A stretch of DNA of 64,000 nucleotides from a virus (Duplodnaviria > Caudoviricetes), in IMG/VR virus record IMGVR_UViG_2706794555_000001, positions 34,702-98,701 of that record. The stretch is one strand, 5' to 3'. A model generated the notes under the pieces. That model saw only the letters and a list, made by a program, of their open reading frames with translations. It made no database searches and had not been told where the DNA came from. Made by a program: the position numbers and the translations under genes. This document shows positions 1 through 10,202 of this stretch, piece after piece. The stretch's first letter is position 1; the number at the start of each line of letters is the position of its first letter.

Positions 1-5
1 GTGGC

Positions 6-449
6 GTGGGCCCGTTCCTGCACCTGCTGCTGGACACCGAGGGCACGGTCCTGTTCGGCGACAACGGCGCTGGCGCCCCGTCGGCGGCGGCCAAGGGTCA
101 GGTGATCCTGACCGGCGAGGTCACCCTGCCGATCACGATCGACCATCCGCCGGGCTTCGACATCGTCAACGACCAGGTTTCGTTCGCGACTGCGGCGGTC
201 AGTAGCGCCTACACGCTGACGCCGCTCGACGAGGTCGTAGAGGTCACCGGTACGACCACGGTGACGCTGCCGACCGCTGTCGGCCGCGCCCGGCGCGTCG
301 TGATCGTCAACGTCGGCACGGGCACCGTCACCGTGGCCACGACGGGCGGCCAGACCATCAGCGGCTCTGCGACGAAGACCCTCGCCTCGCAGTGGAGCTC
401 GCTGGAAGCCGTGCCGTCGCCGTCGGGGAACTGGACCCAGATCGCGTGA
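6..449 (+). CDS. Phage protein, probably N-terminally truncated by the window edge; Thr/Val-rich beta domain
   Basis: ORF with high-GC codon usage; TVTLPTAVG...VVIVNVGTGTVTV motif typical of phage virion-associated domains. Confidence 0.55.
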   Translation: MGPFLHLLLDTEGTVLFGDNGAGAPSAAAKGQVILTGEVTLPITIDHPPGFDIVNDQVSFATAAVSSAYTLTPLDEVVEVTGTTTVTLPTAVGRARRVVIVNVGTGTVTVATTGGQTISGSATKTLASQWSSLEAVPSPSGNWTQIA

Positions 450-606
450 CCGACCCGTTCGACGACTGGCCTCCGATCCTCGGCCGCTGCTCCAACTGCA
501 ACGGACCGGCGCTGCTCAGCGACCAGCGCTGGTGGCACGACGGGCGCCGTTGTGATCCGCGCCAGTACGCCGAATTCCTGCCCGACCCACCCCATGGAGT
601 ACCCGC

Positions 607-1059
607 ATGCCGCAGCCCTCTGTCGGCCGCATCGTTCACTACGTCAGCTACGGCACACCGGGCGGCGAGTACAGCAAGGAGTGCCGCGCTGCCGTGATCA
701 CCGAGGTGTCGCCGGAGAGCAAGGGCGAAGGTCGGGAGATCGTCAGCCTCGCCGTACTCAACCCGACCGGCTTCTTCTTCAACCGAGGCTGCGAGCACCA
801 CGAGGTTGCCGTCGAGCCCGACCCGATGCCTCCCCAGCCCGGCGGCGGCGCGCTCAACCACCCCGGCGGCTCGTGGCACTGGCCCGAGCCAGACGAAAGC
901 CCCACATCGTACTCAGATGGTCCGGCGCTGCCGTGCCAAGACTGCGGCGGCGGCCGAGAGTGCGCGCGCTGCGAAGGCCGCGGCCACCTCGACGGCGAAC
1001 GCTGCCCCGCCTGCGAAAGCCTCGGCGTCTGCGCCACCTGCCGCACGGACAACGCGTAA
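607..1059 (+). CDS. Phage hypothetical protein with C-terminal CxxC zinc-finger
   Basis: GGAG RBS; PSVGRIVHY N-terminus common in actinophages; four CxxC motifs. Confidence 0.7.
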   Translation: MPQPSVGRIVHYVSYGTPGGEYSKECRAAVITEVSPESKGEGREIVSLAVLNPTGFFFNRGCEHHEVAVEPDPMPPQPGGGALNHPGGSWHWPEPDESPTSYSDGPALPCQDCGGGRECARCEGRGHLDGERCPACESLGVCATCRTDNA

Positions 1060-1084
1060 CCAACCCTCACCTGTAGGAGTCACC

Positions 1085-1381
1085 ATGTCCATCCAGATCC
1101 TCACCGAAGCCAAGGTCCTTCTCCACGAGGTCATCGCCAAGCTGGAGTCCATCGGCCACCCCCTGGCCGCCAAGCTCCACGGCGACGCCACCCAGCTGGA
1201 GACCGAGGCCGTCGCCGACGCCCGGCAGGTCGAGCACGACGCCGCACCCGTCGTCGCCGAAGCCGAAGCCGACGCCAAGACCCTCACCAGCGAAGCCGTC
1301 GCCGACGCCAAGGACCTCACCAGCACCGAGCAGCCGCCCATCGACCCCGCCGGACCGGCCGCCCCCACCACCTCCGCCTGA
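1085..1381 (+). CDS. Hypothetical phage protein
   Basis: AGGAG RBS before ATG 1085; MSIQILTEAK... Confidence 0.65.
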   Translation: MSIQILTEAKVLLHEVIAKLESIGHPLAAKLHGDATQLETEAVADARQVEHDAAPVVAEAEADAKTLTSEAVADAKDLTSTEQPPIDPAGPAAPTTSA

Positions 1382-1412
1382 CCCCGACACCAACCCAGGG
1401 GAGGCGAGCACC

Positions 1413-1886
1413 ATGGCCCTAATCCCTGACGAGAAGCGCGACGCGGTCCTCGCCGACATCCGGGCCGGGCAGAAAGCCCGCAACCAGATCGCCCGCGACC
1501 ACGGCGTCAGCGCCGCCAGCGTCACCGGCATCGCAAAGCGGGCAGGCATCACCGACGCCTTCGACCGGTCCATGACAGAGAAAGCCACCCGCGTCAAGGT
1601 CATCGACGCCAAGGCGGCGCGGATCCAACTGTCCCTGGACCTCCTCGACGATGCCCAGCGGTTCCGCAAGCGCGCCTGGGAGCCCTACCAGGTCGTTGTC
1701 AGCACCCCGCAGCGCACCGAAATCGTCGACGTTGATCTGCCGCCGCTGCAGGAGGCCCGCGCCGCCTACAACGCGGTGGGCATCTGCGTGGACAAGAGCC
1801 TGCGCCTGGAGCAGCACGACGCCGACACCGGCGGCGTCAACGCGGTCGACGACTGGCTGCGCGGAATGCTCGGCGAGACCGGCTAA
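1413..1886 (+). CDS. terS: Terminase small subunit (N-terminal HTH)
   Basis: HTH (RNQIARDHGVSAASVTGIAK); GGAGG RBS; lies immediately upstream of terL. Confidence 0.8.
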   Translation: MALIPDEKRDAVLADIRAGQKARNQIARDHGVSAASVTGIAKRAGITDAFDRSMTEKATRVKVIDAKAARIQLSLDLLDDAQRFRKRAWEPYQVVVSTPQRTEIVDVDLPPLQEARAAYNAVGICVDKSLRLEQHDADTGGVNAVDDWLRGMLGETG

Positions 1887-1889
1887 CCC

Positions 1890-3200
1890 GTGTCCATCGC
1901 ACCACTGACCGGCAAGGGCCTGGAGTCAGTGCGGCTCGCCGACGCCCGCATCAACCTGTGGGAAGGCTCGGTGCGGTCCTCCAAGACCGTGTCGAGCCTC
2001 ATGCGGTGGCTCAAGTTCGTTCGCGAGGCGCCGCCCGGCAACCTCCTGATGACGGGCAAGACCGAGCGCACCCTCAAGCGCAACGTCATCGACGTACTCA
2101 CGGAGTGGCTCGGCCCCTCACGCTGCAAGCTCATCGCGGGCAGCGGCGAACTGTGGCTCCTCGGCCGGCGGGTGTACGTGGCCGGCGCGAACGACGAGCG
2201 CGCCCAGGAGAAGATCCGGGGCCTGACCCTGGTGGGCGCGTATGCCGACGAGGTGTCGACGCTCCCCGAGTCGTACTGGTCGATGCTGCTCACCCGCCTG
2301 TCCGTCGACGGCGCGAAGCTCTTCGGCACCACCAACCCCGACTCGCCGGCGCACTGGCTCCTCAAGGACTACCTGCAGCGGTCCTCCACCTGGCTGGACC
2401 ATTCCGGGCAGCTCCTGCGCAGCGAGGGCGAGGACCGGCTCGACCTGGCCCGGTTCTCGTTCCGCCTCGCCGACAACCCGTACCTATCCACGGCCTACAT
2501 CGACGCCCTGTCCTCCGAGTTCACCGGCCTGTGGCGGAAACGGTTCATCGAGGGCCTGTGGGTCGCCGCCGAAGGCGCGATCTACGACATGTGGGACGAG
2601 CAGCGGCACGTCGTCGACATCATCCCGCCGATCTCGCAGTGGCTGTGCGCCGCGATCGACTACGGCACCAGCAACCCGCTGCACGCCGTCCTGCTGGGCC
2701 TGGGCACGGACTCGCGCCTGTACGTGGTCTCCGAGTGGAGGCACGACTCCCGCCAGGCGCACCGGCAGATGACCGACGCCGAGTACACGGAGCGGGTCCG
2801 CGAGTGGCTGCAGGAAGTACCCGTGCCTGCCAGCCGTCGCCCCGACGGGACGTGGCTGCGCGGCGTGCAACCGCGCTACATGATCGTGGACCCGTCGGCC
2901 GCCTCGTTCCGGGTGCAGCTGCACCGGGAGGGCATGAACCCGGTCGCAGGCAACAACGCGGTCCTGGACGGCATCCGAACCGTGTCGAGCCTGATGGCCG
3001 CCGGACGCCTGAAGGTCAGCCGCGACTGCCCGGCGCTCCTCGCGGAGATCCCCGGCTACGCCTGGGACGACAAAGCCGCCCGCAAGGGCGAAGACAAACC
3101 GATCAAGATGGCCGACCACGGCCTGGACGCCCTCAGGTACGCCGTGATGACCACGCGCTCCCTCTGGCACTCCTCGATCCCACTTGCCATAGCGGCGTAA
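1890..3200 (+). CDS. terL: Terminase large subunit (PBSX/SPP1-like)
   Basis: Walker A-like GSVRSSKT, Walker B AYADE, coupling motif GTTNP, nuclease motifs IDYG and DHGLDALRY. Confidence 0.95.
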   Translation: MSIAPLTGKGLESVRLADARINLWEGSVRSSKTVSSLMRWLKFVREAPPGNLLMTGKTERTLKRNVIDVLTEWLGPSRCKLIAGSGELWLLGRRVYVAGANDERAQEKIRGLTLVGAYADEVSTLPESYWSMLLTRLSVDGAKLFGTTNPDSPAHWLLKDYLQRSSTWLDHSGQLLRSEGEDRLDLARFSFRLADNPYLSTAYIDALSSEFTGLWRKRFIEGLWVAAEGAIYDMWDEQRHVVDIIPPISQWLCAAIDYGTSNPLHAVLLGLGTDSRLYVVSEWRHDSRQAHRQMTDAEYTERVREWLQEVPVPASRRPDGTWLRGVQPRYMIVDPSAASFRVQLHREGMNPVAGNNAVLDGIRTVSSLMAAGRLKVSRDCPALLAEIPGYAWDDKAARKGEDKPIKMADHGLDALRYAVMTTRSLWHSSIPLAIAA

Positions 3201-3210
3201 CGAAAGGCCG

Positions 3211-4998
3211 GTGACCATGACCGTGCCTATGCCGTCGATGCCGCTGCTGCAGGGAATGCCCGTCACCGACGCCCGCGCGCAGAACATGCTGCCGACTACC
3301 AACCAGCCGTGGCCGCCGGTCCGCTTCAACCCGGTCAACTACGACCAGCGCATCTGGTCCGCGTGGTGGTCCGGCAGCCCCGACGAGCTGATGCGCGCCT
3401 ACTACTCGATCGGCGCGAACAGTCCGCTCGGGCGCCAGTACTTCGCCACGACCGGCGAGGCGGGCATGCCCTCCCCGCGGCCGGGGCAGTTCCGCGGCGG
3501 CCTGCTCGGCAGCATCCGCCGGTTTTTCTGGGGCCAGCCCACCCCGCCCGGGGAAAAGCGCACGAACTACCACGTGCCGATCGCAGGCGACTTGGCGTCG
3601 ACCTCGGCGAGCCTGCTGTTCGCGCAGCCGCCCACGCTGAAGTGCGATCAGGACTCCGGCGCCCAGGACTACCTTTCCGAGCTGCTGGACGACGGCATGC
3701 ACTCGACGCTGCTGGAGGCGGCGGAGTGCGCGTCGGCCCTCGGCGGGGTGTTCCTGCGGGTCGTGTGGGACACCGACATCGCCGACCATCCGTGGATCGA
3801 CATCGTGCCGCCGGACTGCGCCGTGCCGGAGTTCCGGTACAACCGTCTGGTCGCGGTGACGTTCTGGTCGGTGATCCGCGACGAGGGCAAGGACGTTGTC
3901 CGGCACCTGGAGAAGCACATCCCGTCGCAGAACGTGATTCTGCACGGCGTCTACCAGGGCACCCAGAAGGACCTGGGGCGCCCGGTGGCGCTCACCGACT
4001 TCCCCGAGACCGCCCCGTACGCGCAGGCCATGTCCACGGGCGACGGAATCTCGTTCCCCGACGCCCCGTTCGACGCCTCCACCGTCGTGTACATCCCCAA
4101 CATGCGGCCGAATCGGATCTGGCGGGACATGGGCCCCCAGGCCGCACCGCTCGGCCGCAGTGACTTCTCGGGCCTCGAAGGCATGATGGACGGCCTCGAC
4201 GAGGCCTTCTCCTCCTGGATGCGGGACATCCGGTTGGGCAAGGCCAGGCTGATCGTGCCGCACTCCTACCTGGACAACATCGGCCGGGGCAAGGGCGCGG
4301 TGTTCGAGCCGGAGCGCGAGGTGTTCGTTCCGGTCGGCGGCCTCATCTCCGGCGAGGGCTCCATCGGCGACCAGATCATGCCGCAACAGTTCAACATCCG
4401 CTGGGAGGAGCACCAGCAGACCTGCCAGAGCATCATCGAGCAGATCGTCACGCAGGCCGGCTACTCCGGCCAGACCATGGGGCTCACCGGTGACATCGCG
4501 CAGACCGCGACGGAGGTCGTGGCGCGGGAGCGGAAGTCGCTGACCACCCGCGGCAAGAAGATCAACTATTGGCGGCCTGCGCTCGCGGACATCGTCTACG
4601 GCCTCATGGCCATCTCCAACTCCGAGTTCGGCCAGGCCATCACGCCCGTGCGGCCCGATGTCGACTGGCCCGACGCGGTCCTCCCGGACCAGCTCGAACT
4701 CGCGCAGACCGTCGCGGCGCTGCGCGGCGCCGAATCCGCCTCGATCGAGACCGCCGTCGCGACCGTCCACCCGGACTGGACCCCGCAGGACGTTGCCAAG
4801 GAAGTCCAGCGGATCTACCAGGAGATGGACATCAACATCCTGGCCCGCGCCAAGGTCGCCATCGGAGGCCAGCCCGGCGAGTCCGTCGCCGACGCGCTCG
4901 CGGAGATCCCAGACGCGATCGGCGCAACGGACGTCGCCCAACAGGCCGAGGCCCTGGCGAACGTGTCCGACATGTACGAGTCCCAGGACGAATCCTAG
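3211..4998 (+). CDS. Portal protein (SPP1 gp6/A118-like)
   Basis: Follows terL; LGRSDF, WMRDIRLGK and TATEV motifs of this portal family. Confidence 0.9.
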   Translation: MTMTVPMPSMPLLQGMPVTDARAQNMLPTTNQPWPPVRFNPVNYDQRIWSAWWSGSPDELMRAYYSIGANSPLGRQYFATTGEAGMPSPRPGQFRGGLLGSIRRFFWGQPTPPGEKRTNYHVPIAGDLASTSASLLFAQPPTLKCDQDSGAQDYLSELLDDGMHSTLLEAAECASALGGVFLRVVWDTDIADHPWIDIVPPDCAVPEFRYNRLVAVTFWSVIRDEGKDVVRHLEKHIPSQNVILHGVYQGTQKDLGRPVALTDFPETAPYAQAMSTGDGISFPDAPFDASTVVYIPNMRPNRIWRDMGPQAAPLGRSDFSGLEGMMDGLDEAFSSWMRDIRLGKARLIVPHSYLDNIGRGKGAVFEPEREVFVPVGGLISGEGSIGDQIMPQQFNIRWEEHQQTCQSIIEQIVTQAGYSGQTMGLTGDIAQTATEVVARERKSLTTRGKKINYWRPALADIVYGLMAISNSEFGQAITPVRPDVDWPDAVLPDQLELAQTVAALRGAESASIETAVATVHPDWTPQDVAKEVQRIYQEMDINILARAKVAIGGQPGESVADALAEIPDAIGATDVAQQAEALANVSDMYESQDES

Positions 4999-5013
4999 AG
5001 AGAGGACGCGGAG

Positions 5014-5265
5014 ATGGCGGACAGCAAGAGCAAGGGCAAGCAGACCATCAAGTCGCCGGGCAAGAAGGCAGTCACCTTCAAGAAGGGCGCGCTCCACAAG
5101 CAGCTCGGCGTGCCCGCCGACAAGCCCATCCCGCCCGGGAAGATGGCCGCCGCACAGCGCGGCGACTTCGGGCCGACCGCGGCCAAGCGGGCGAACTTCG
5201 CGGCGAACGTCCTGGGGCAGGGCCAGAAGACCGCCGCCGCGAACCGCTCCAAGAAGGGCAAGTAG
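5014..5265 (+). CDS. Small basic phage protein
   Basis: Lys-rich 83 aa; KGALHKQLGVP...KRANFA motif. Confidence 0.7.
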   Translation: MADSKSKGKQTIKSPGKKAVTFKKGALHKQLGVPADKPIPPGKMAAAQRGDFGPTAAKRANFAANVLGQGQKTAAANRSKKGK

Positions 5266-5267
5266 CC

Positions 5268-5609
5268 ATGGCCGCGACCCCGCAGGACGCCCAGCGCCGC
5301 ACCCCCGGCGCACCCGACAGCACCAAGCCCGCACATCTGGCCGCGAGCTCCGCGCGCACCCCCACGCACGCGGTCACCGGGCCCGCCGCGTGGGAGAACG
5401 GCCGCGACGCGACCTCAACGCCCGCCGGACCCCCGTCACTGCGCGGTACCGCAGCCAGCGACGCCGACCCGACGTGTCAGGTCACGCAGACCGTCGGCAT
5501 GAACCCGAACCCGCCCGACGTTCGGTCGGCGTCGACTCCCGCTGACACCAACACGCCGGTGGTCGCCGGCAGCCCCACCGGCTTCACCCCGTTCATGAAC
5601 CAGTACTGA
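5268..5609 (+). CDS. Hypothetical phage protein
   Basis: ATG 5268 directly after the previous stop; Pro/Thr-rich. Confidence 0.55.
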   Translation: MAATPQDAQRRTPGAPDSTKPAHLAASSARTPTHAVTGPAAWENGRDATSTPAGPPSLRGTAASDADPTCQVTQTVGMNPNPPDVRSASTPADTNTPVVAGSPTGFTPFMNQY

Positions 5610-5811
5610 GGAGAGTCGCGATGGCCAAGCAGATGCCGCCAGCCGGCCGCCCGCACAGGACTCCCGGCGCCCAGCCCCCGCCCCGTACCCCAGGCGCTAC
5701 CCAGGGAACTGCGCTGGAGCGCGCCCAGCTCGCCAAGCCCGGCCTGAGCAAGGCGCCGGACGCGAAGCCCACCCCGCAGGGCGGCTCCGGGTCCTGACCG
5801 CAGGGGGTGCG

Positions 5812-6738
5812 ATGGCCACGCCACTGCCGTCCACCTCTGGCGATGCCCGGGAAGACCACGCCCAGCAGATCGGGGCGCACGTCGGTGCCGCTGTCGCGCA
5901 GGCGGAGCTCGCCGTGATCGCGACCGTCGCCATGCTGGCCAAGCGCGTCGCCACCGGATCCCTGCTGCCGACCGTGGCACGAAAGCAACTGGCCAGGACC
6001 ACCGACACCGTCCTCACGGCGGCGGTCCACCGGGCGCTCCTCGCCGACCGCCAACTGCCCGCCGATCTCGCCCCGTCGTTCGAGGCCGCCGTACAGTCCG
6101 CTGCCGTGTCGGCGCAGGACGCGCTCGCCGCCGCAACCGCATCCCCCCAGCAGCCGGCCGCGTCGGTACCCCGCATCCGCGTCGCGCAACTGGCCCTCGA
6201 CGCCCTTGCCGCGCAGGGCCTGGTCGGGTTCGTCGACCGGGCCGGGCGACGCTGGAACCTCGCCGGCTACGCGGAGATGGCCACCCGCACCGCCGTCTCC
6301 AACGCGTGGGACGAGCGGCAGGCCGACGAGCTCACCCGCATCGGCGTCGACCTGGTCGTCGTAGGAACGCACAGCACCGAAGGCTCTTGCAGGCTGTGCC
6401 GCCCCTGGCTCGGCCGCAGTCTGTCGCTGACCGGTGCGACCCCGGGATTCCCAACCCTGGCCGACGCCAAGGCCACCGGGTTCAGGCACCCGAACTGCCG
6501 CTGCTCCTGGGGTACCCCGGGGATGCTCACTGCCGTGCCGAGCCCGACCGACCTGGCCCGGTCCGCCGCGGCCTACACGGCAGCGCAGCGCCAGCGGACC
6601 CTCGACCGCCGCCAACGCGCCGCACACCGGCGCATGGCGGCAGCGGTGACGCCGCAGGCCCGCACGACAGCCCGCCGTGAACTGGGCCTGATCCGCCTTG
6701 ACCTCAGGCGCCGTCAGCACCCGTTCCGGGAGCGCTGA
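5812..6738 (+). CDS. Phage minor capsid protein
   Basis: FVDRAGRRW..YAEMATRT, CxxC and HPNCRC motifs. Confidence 0.85.
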   Translation: MATPLPSTSGDAREDHAQQIGAHVGAAVAQAELAVIATVAMLAKRVATGSLLPTVARKQLARTTDTVLTAAVHRALLADRQLPADLAPSFEAAVQSAAVSAQDALAAATASPQQPAASVPRIRVAQLALDALAAQGLVGFVDRAGRRWNLAGYAEMATRTAVSNAWDERQADELTRIGVDLVVVGTHSTEGSCRLCRPWLGRSLSLTGATPGFPTLADAKATGFRHPNCRCSWGTPGMLTAVPSPTDLARSAAAYTAAQRQRTLDRRQRAAHRRMAAAVTPQARTTARRELGLIRLDLRRRQHPFRER

Positions 6739-7024
6739 CCAGACGGCGCGTCGCCCGAAGCGACGCTGCGATCTGCGGGCCCCACGCGTCTGCAACGAGT
6801 TTCCCCGCAGGCGAGAGCTCGACACGGGCGGGGATCGGCTGCCGCTGGCCATTGCAGGCCGCCAGGTGCTCCTCGGCGACCGCCAGCACCTGCAACAGAT
6901 TCAGGCCGTCGATACAGGGCGCCCAGTCGCACTTCTCGAAGTCGTGGGCGAGTTCCGAGCCGCCGCCGTACGCGCCCTCGTTCGAGACCAGGAATCGCTC
7001 CATGCCGTTCGCCTGCTCACTCAT
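6704..7024 (-). CDS. Small hypothetical protein on the opposite strand within the head module
   Basis: MSEQANG... ORF fills the gap between minor capsid and scaffold. Confidence 0.45.
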   Translation of the reverse strand: MSEQANGMERFLVSNEGAYGGGSELAHDFEKCDWAPCIDGLNLLQVLAVAEEHLAACNGQRQPIPARVELSPAGKLVADAWGPQIAASLRATRRLVSAPGTGADGA

Positions 7025-7151
7025 GGCCCAACGGTAACCCCATAGACCACCCGCCCCGCGTGGGCGGGTTCGGCTGCCAGCCGGCCTGGCAGCCACGCAC
7101 ACCCCAACGCGACCCGCCCGGTGCGGGCCACGACGCCCCCGGAGGGCAGCA

Positions 7152-8015
7152 ATGCAGCACCGAACCCTGTCGACACCGCCTGGCGTGGTACTCGGCTACC
7201 GCAGGAACGGCCAGCCCATCTACCCCATCGCGGGCGGATCCGAACCGGCCGTAGAAACACCGCCCGCCCCCGCAGCGGACCCCGCCCCGGAAGCACCGGC
7301 CGCACCCGTCGAGACCCCGCCGGCACCCCAGCCGGAGGACCCCGGCGCCGCGTCGACCGATGCGGACAAGACCGCGCGGACGATCGCCGCGATCCGCGAC
7401 GACTTCAAGGGCGAGCGCGCCAAGCGGCAGGCCGCCGAACAGCAGCTCACCGCACTGCAGCAAGCCCTGGACGCCGACAAGGCCGACCGCGCGAAGCGCG
7501 ACAAGGCCCTCGCCGTCGCACTCGGCCTCGCCGCCGACGAACAGCCGCCGGACCCGGCCAAGCTCGCCGCCGACCTCCAGGCCGCCCAGGAACAGGCCCG
7601 CACCGACCTCGCCCAGCGCGACACCGCGATGCGGGCACAGCAGGTCGAACTCGCGGTCCTGCGCAACGCCGCCAAGCACGGCGGCAACGGCGACGCACTC
7701 CTGGACTCCCGCACCTTCATGACCGCGGTCCAGGGACTCGACCCGGCCAGCGACGACTTTGCCGAGCGCCTCGGCGAAGCAATCAAGACCGCAGTTGAGG
7801 GCGGCACCCAGTTCAAGGCCCCCGCCGCCGAACCTGCCGCGCCGAAGCAGCCCGCCGTGGCGCGCTCCGGCGGCGAGTTCAACGGCTCCCCCGGCGGAAA
7901 CCGCCAGTGGACCCTCGACGACGTCACGCGCGCCAGCGCCGACGAGGTCGTCACCGCACAGAACGCCGGGCTCCTGATCGACCTCGGCTACGCGCCTCAG
8001 AAGAAGCGCCGCTAA
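7152..8015 (+). CDS. Capsid scaffolding protein
   Basis: Directly upstream of the capsid gene; LGYRRNGQPIYPIAGG N-terminus, Pro/Ala linker, coiled coil, basic C-terminus. Confidence 0.85.
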   Translation: MQHRTLSTPPGVVLGYRRNGQPIYPIAGGSEPAVETPPAPAADPAPEAPAAPVETPPAPQPEDPGAASTDADKTARTIAAIRDDFKGERAKRQAAEQQLTALQQALDADKADRAKRDKALAVALGLAADEQPPDPAKLAADLQAAQEQARTDLAQRDTAMRAQQVELAVLRNAAKHGGNGDALLDSRTFMTAVQGLDPASDDFAERLGEAIKTAVEGGTQFKAPAAEPAAPKQPAVARSGGEFNGSPGGNRQWTLDDVTRASADEVVTAQNAGLLIDLGYAPQKKRR

Positions 8016-8103
8016 CCCATCGCGCACGGAAGTCCCCGTGCGCCTGTGACGCAACGCCCCGGCGAGTCCGTCGGGGCATTTACATGCGCAGAAAGGGACA
8101 GAC

Positions 8104-9018
8104 GTGTCGTTTGTCAACTTTATCCCCGCAATTTGGTCGAAGGTCATCCTGGCCGCGCTCCAGAAGAAGCTGGTCTACGGCTCCCCCATGGTCGTCAACA
8201 GCGACTACGAGGGCGAGATCAGCGGGCCCGGGAACACCGTCCACATCACCCAGTTCGGCGACCCCACCGTGTCGGACTACAAGCCCGGCGGCACCATCAC
8301 CTACGAGCAGCTGTCCGACGCCGGACTGACCCTGCTCATCGACCAGGCCAAGAGCTTCTCCTTCGCCATCGACGACGTCGACCGCCGCCAGGCCGCCGGC
8401 GACATGCAGGCCTACCTGGAAAGCCGCGCCGCGTACCGCCTCGCCGACGCCGCCGACCAGTACATCGCCTCCAAGTACACCCAGGTCGCCGCAGGGAACG
8501 TCCTCGGCTCCACCGGGGCACCCCTCACCCCGCTGCCCTACGCCATCGGCGGCTCCAGCACCTGGCACCCCGCCGACTTCTACACCCAGGTCACCGAGCC
8601 GCTGAAGGTCATCCTCGACCAGAACAACGTGCCCGACGACGACCGCTACCTGATCGTGCCCCCGTGGGCCGAGAGCCTGCTCTCCCAGACCCAGGCGTTC
8701 GTGTCCGTCACCGACATGCAGGGCCAGCCCTCGGAGACGTTCCAGCGCGGCTTCATGGGCCAGGTGTCCAACTTCAACGTCCTCAAGTCCAACAACGCCC
8801 CCCAGCCCGTCGCCGGCGGCGCCGGCACCGGCGTGTGGGCCATCCAGGCCGGACACCCCATGGGCATCACGTACGGCGAGCAGATCACCGAAACGGAAGC
8901 ACTTCGCCTACAGACTACGATAGCTGACGGCGTTCGTGGTCTGCACGTCTACGGCGCGAAGATGGTTCGCCCCGACGCTACGGCCGTGGCCTACGTGCAG
9001 CGCCCGACTGGCATCTGA
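8104..9018 (+). CDS. Major capsid protein
   Basis: FIPAIWS, DYEGEI..GNTVHI, IDQAKSFSF.IDDVD and DGVRGLHVYGAK motifs. Confidence 0.93.
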   Translation: MSFVNFIPAIWSKVILAALQKKLVYGSPMVVNSDYEGEISGPGNTVHITQFGDPTVSDYKPGGTITYEQLSDAGLTLLIDQAKSFSFAIDDVDRRQAAGDMQAYLESRAAYRLADAADQYIASKYTQVAAGNVLGSTGAPLTPLPYAIGGSSTWHPADFYTQVTEPLKVILDQNNVPDDDRYLIVPPWAESLLSQTQAFVSVTDMQGQPSETFQRGFMGQVSNFNVLKSNNAPQPVAGGAGTGVWAIQAGHPMGITYGEQITETEALRLQTTIADGVRGLHVYGAKMVRPDATAVAYVQRPTGI

Positions 9019-9137
9019 CCTGCGGCGTTGCAAGTCAGGCAGCCTCCCGACCGTGCTCTCGTCGCCGCTTTCCTGGGCTCGGCCGCGCGTTCTCGGAAAT
9101 GCATTCCTGGTTTTACAGAACGCGGTATTATCAGAGG

Positions 9138-10151
9138 GTGGATATCCTCTGTGAGATCGACCGCTGCCCGGATCCGGCGGAGGCGCGCGGCTGGTGCCGG
9201 ATGCACTACCAGCGGTGGTACCGCCACGGTGACCCGCTCGCGCTCGTGAGGGCGCCGGAGACCGGTGGCATCTACGAGATCACCGGCCCGGAAGGGTGCA
9301 TCTACATCGGCTCGTCGGACAACGTCCGGCGGCGATGGAAGGCACACAAGGCTCGACTGCGGCGCCGCGACCATCACAACCGGCTCCTCCAGGCCAGTTG
9401 GGACGAGCACGGCGAAGCCGCCTTCACCTTCGCCTTGCTCGAAGAGATCGCGGATCCGGCCCAGCTGATCCCCGCAGAACAGCGCCATCTCGACACGGCC
9501 AAGGAAGCCGGCCGGGCGGTCTTCAACCTGACCTCCGACATACGGAGCCCCGCGCGGGGTCTAGTCCACACACCAGGGGCTCGCCTCAAGATGAGCGACG
9601 CCGCCAAGGCCGCCTGCCTCAAGCCGGACAACCTGGCAGGGAAGCGCCGCCGCGTGCAGGGCGACCGCAACCCGGGCAGCAAGTTGGACGAGTCGACGGT
9701 TCGGGGGATCTGCGATCGGCTTCTCGCTGGCGCGCATCCCGCCGAGTTGGCGGCTGAGGTGGGCGTTTCGGAGAGCGCGGTCTACCAGATTCGGCGCGGG
9801 CAGATCTGGACTCACGTGGTGACTCCGGAGCTGGCGGCGGCGATGAAGGCGGTTCGTCAGAACGGTTGGGCGAAGCGCGAGGTGACTGACGAGCACCGTG
9901 CCCGGTTCGCGGCGGTCGGTCGGGCCAATCGGGGGAGTGCTCCTTCGGCTGCGCGTCGTGAGCAGATCTCGCAGCAGTCGCGGGGCGCTGGGAATCCGAA
10001 GGCGAAGCTCACCGAGGAGCAGGTTGCGGCGATCAGGCGGCTGCTGGCCGCGGGGGCGCGGAACAAGGATCTGGCCGGTCAGTTCGGCGTGCATCCGAAC
10101 ACCATCTCGAAGATCAAGAGCGGCGTGATCTGGCCGCACGTCACCACGTAA
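9138..10151 (+). CDS. Free-standing GIY-YIG homing endonuclease with C-terminal HTH repeats
   Basis: GGIYEI...IYIGSS..V.RRW..H motif; two NP.xKL-HTH units. Confidence 0.88.
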   Translation: MDILCEIDRCPDPAEARGWCRMHYQRWYRHGDPLALVRAPETGGIYEITGPEGCIYIGSSDNVRRRWKAHKARLRRRDHHNRLLQASWDEHGEAAFTFALLEEIADPAQLIPAEQRHLDTAKEAGRAVFNLTSDIRSPARGLVHTPGARLKMSDAAKAACLKPDNLAGKRRRVQGDRNPGSKLDESTVRGICDRLLAGAHPAELAAEVGVSESAVYQIRRGQIWTHVVTPELAAAMKAVRQNGWAKREVTDEHRARFAAVGRANRGSAPSAARREQISQQSRGAGNPKAKLTEEQVAAIRRLLAAGARNKDLAGQFGVHPNTISKIKSGVIWPHVTT

Positions 10152-10202
10152 ACGGGCAGGGCTCTCTCCTGCCTTCGTCCTTAAGGCAGGAGAAGCCCTT
10201 CC

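Noticed and set aside
1560-1570. TTCGACCGGTC shared by all three terS genes as a common pac site
   Set aside because: Fully explained by conserved FDRS codons under high-GC codon bias.
9019-10200. Group I intron or intein around the GIY-YIG gene (likewise the HNH at 14308-14883)
   Set aside because: The capsid and tail tube genes end with normal C-termini and stops before the nucleases, and no downstream exon is evident; the nucleases are free-standing.
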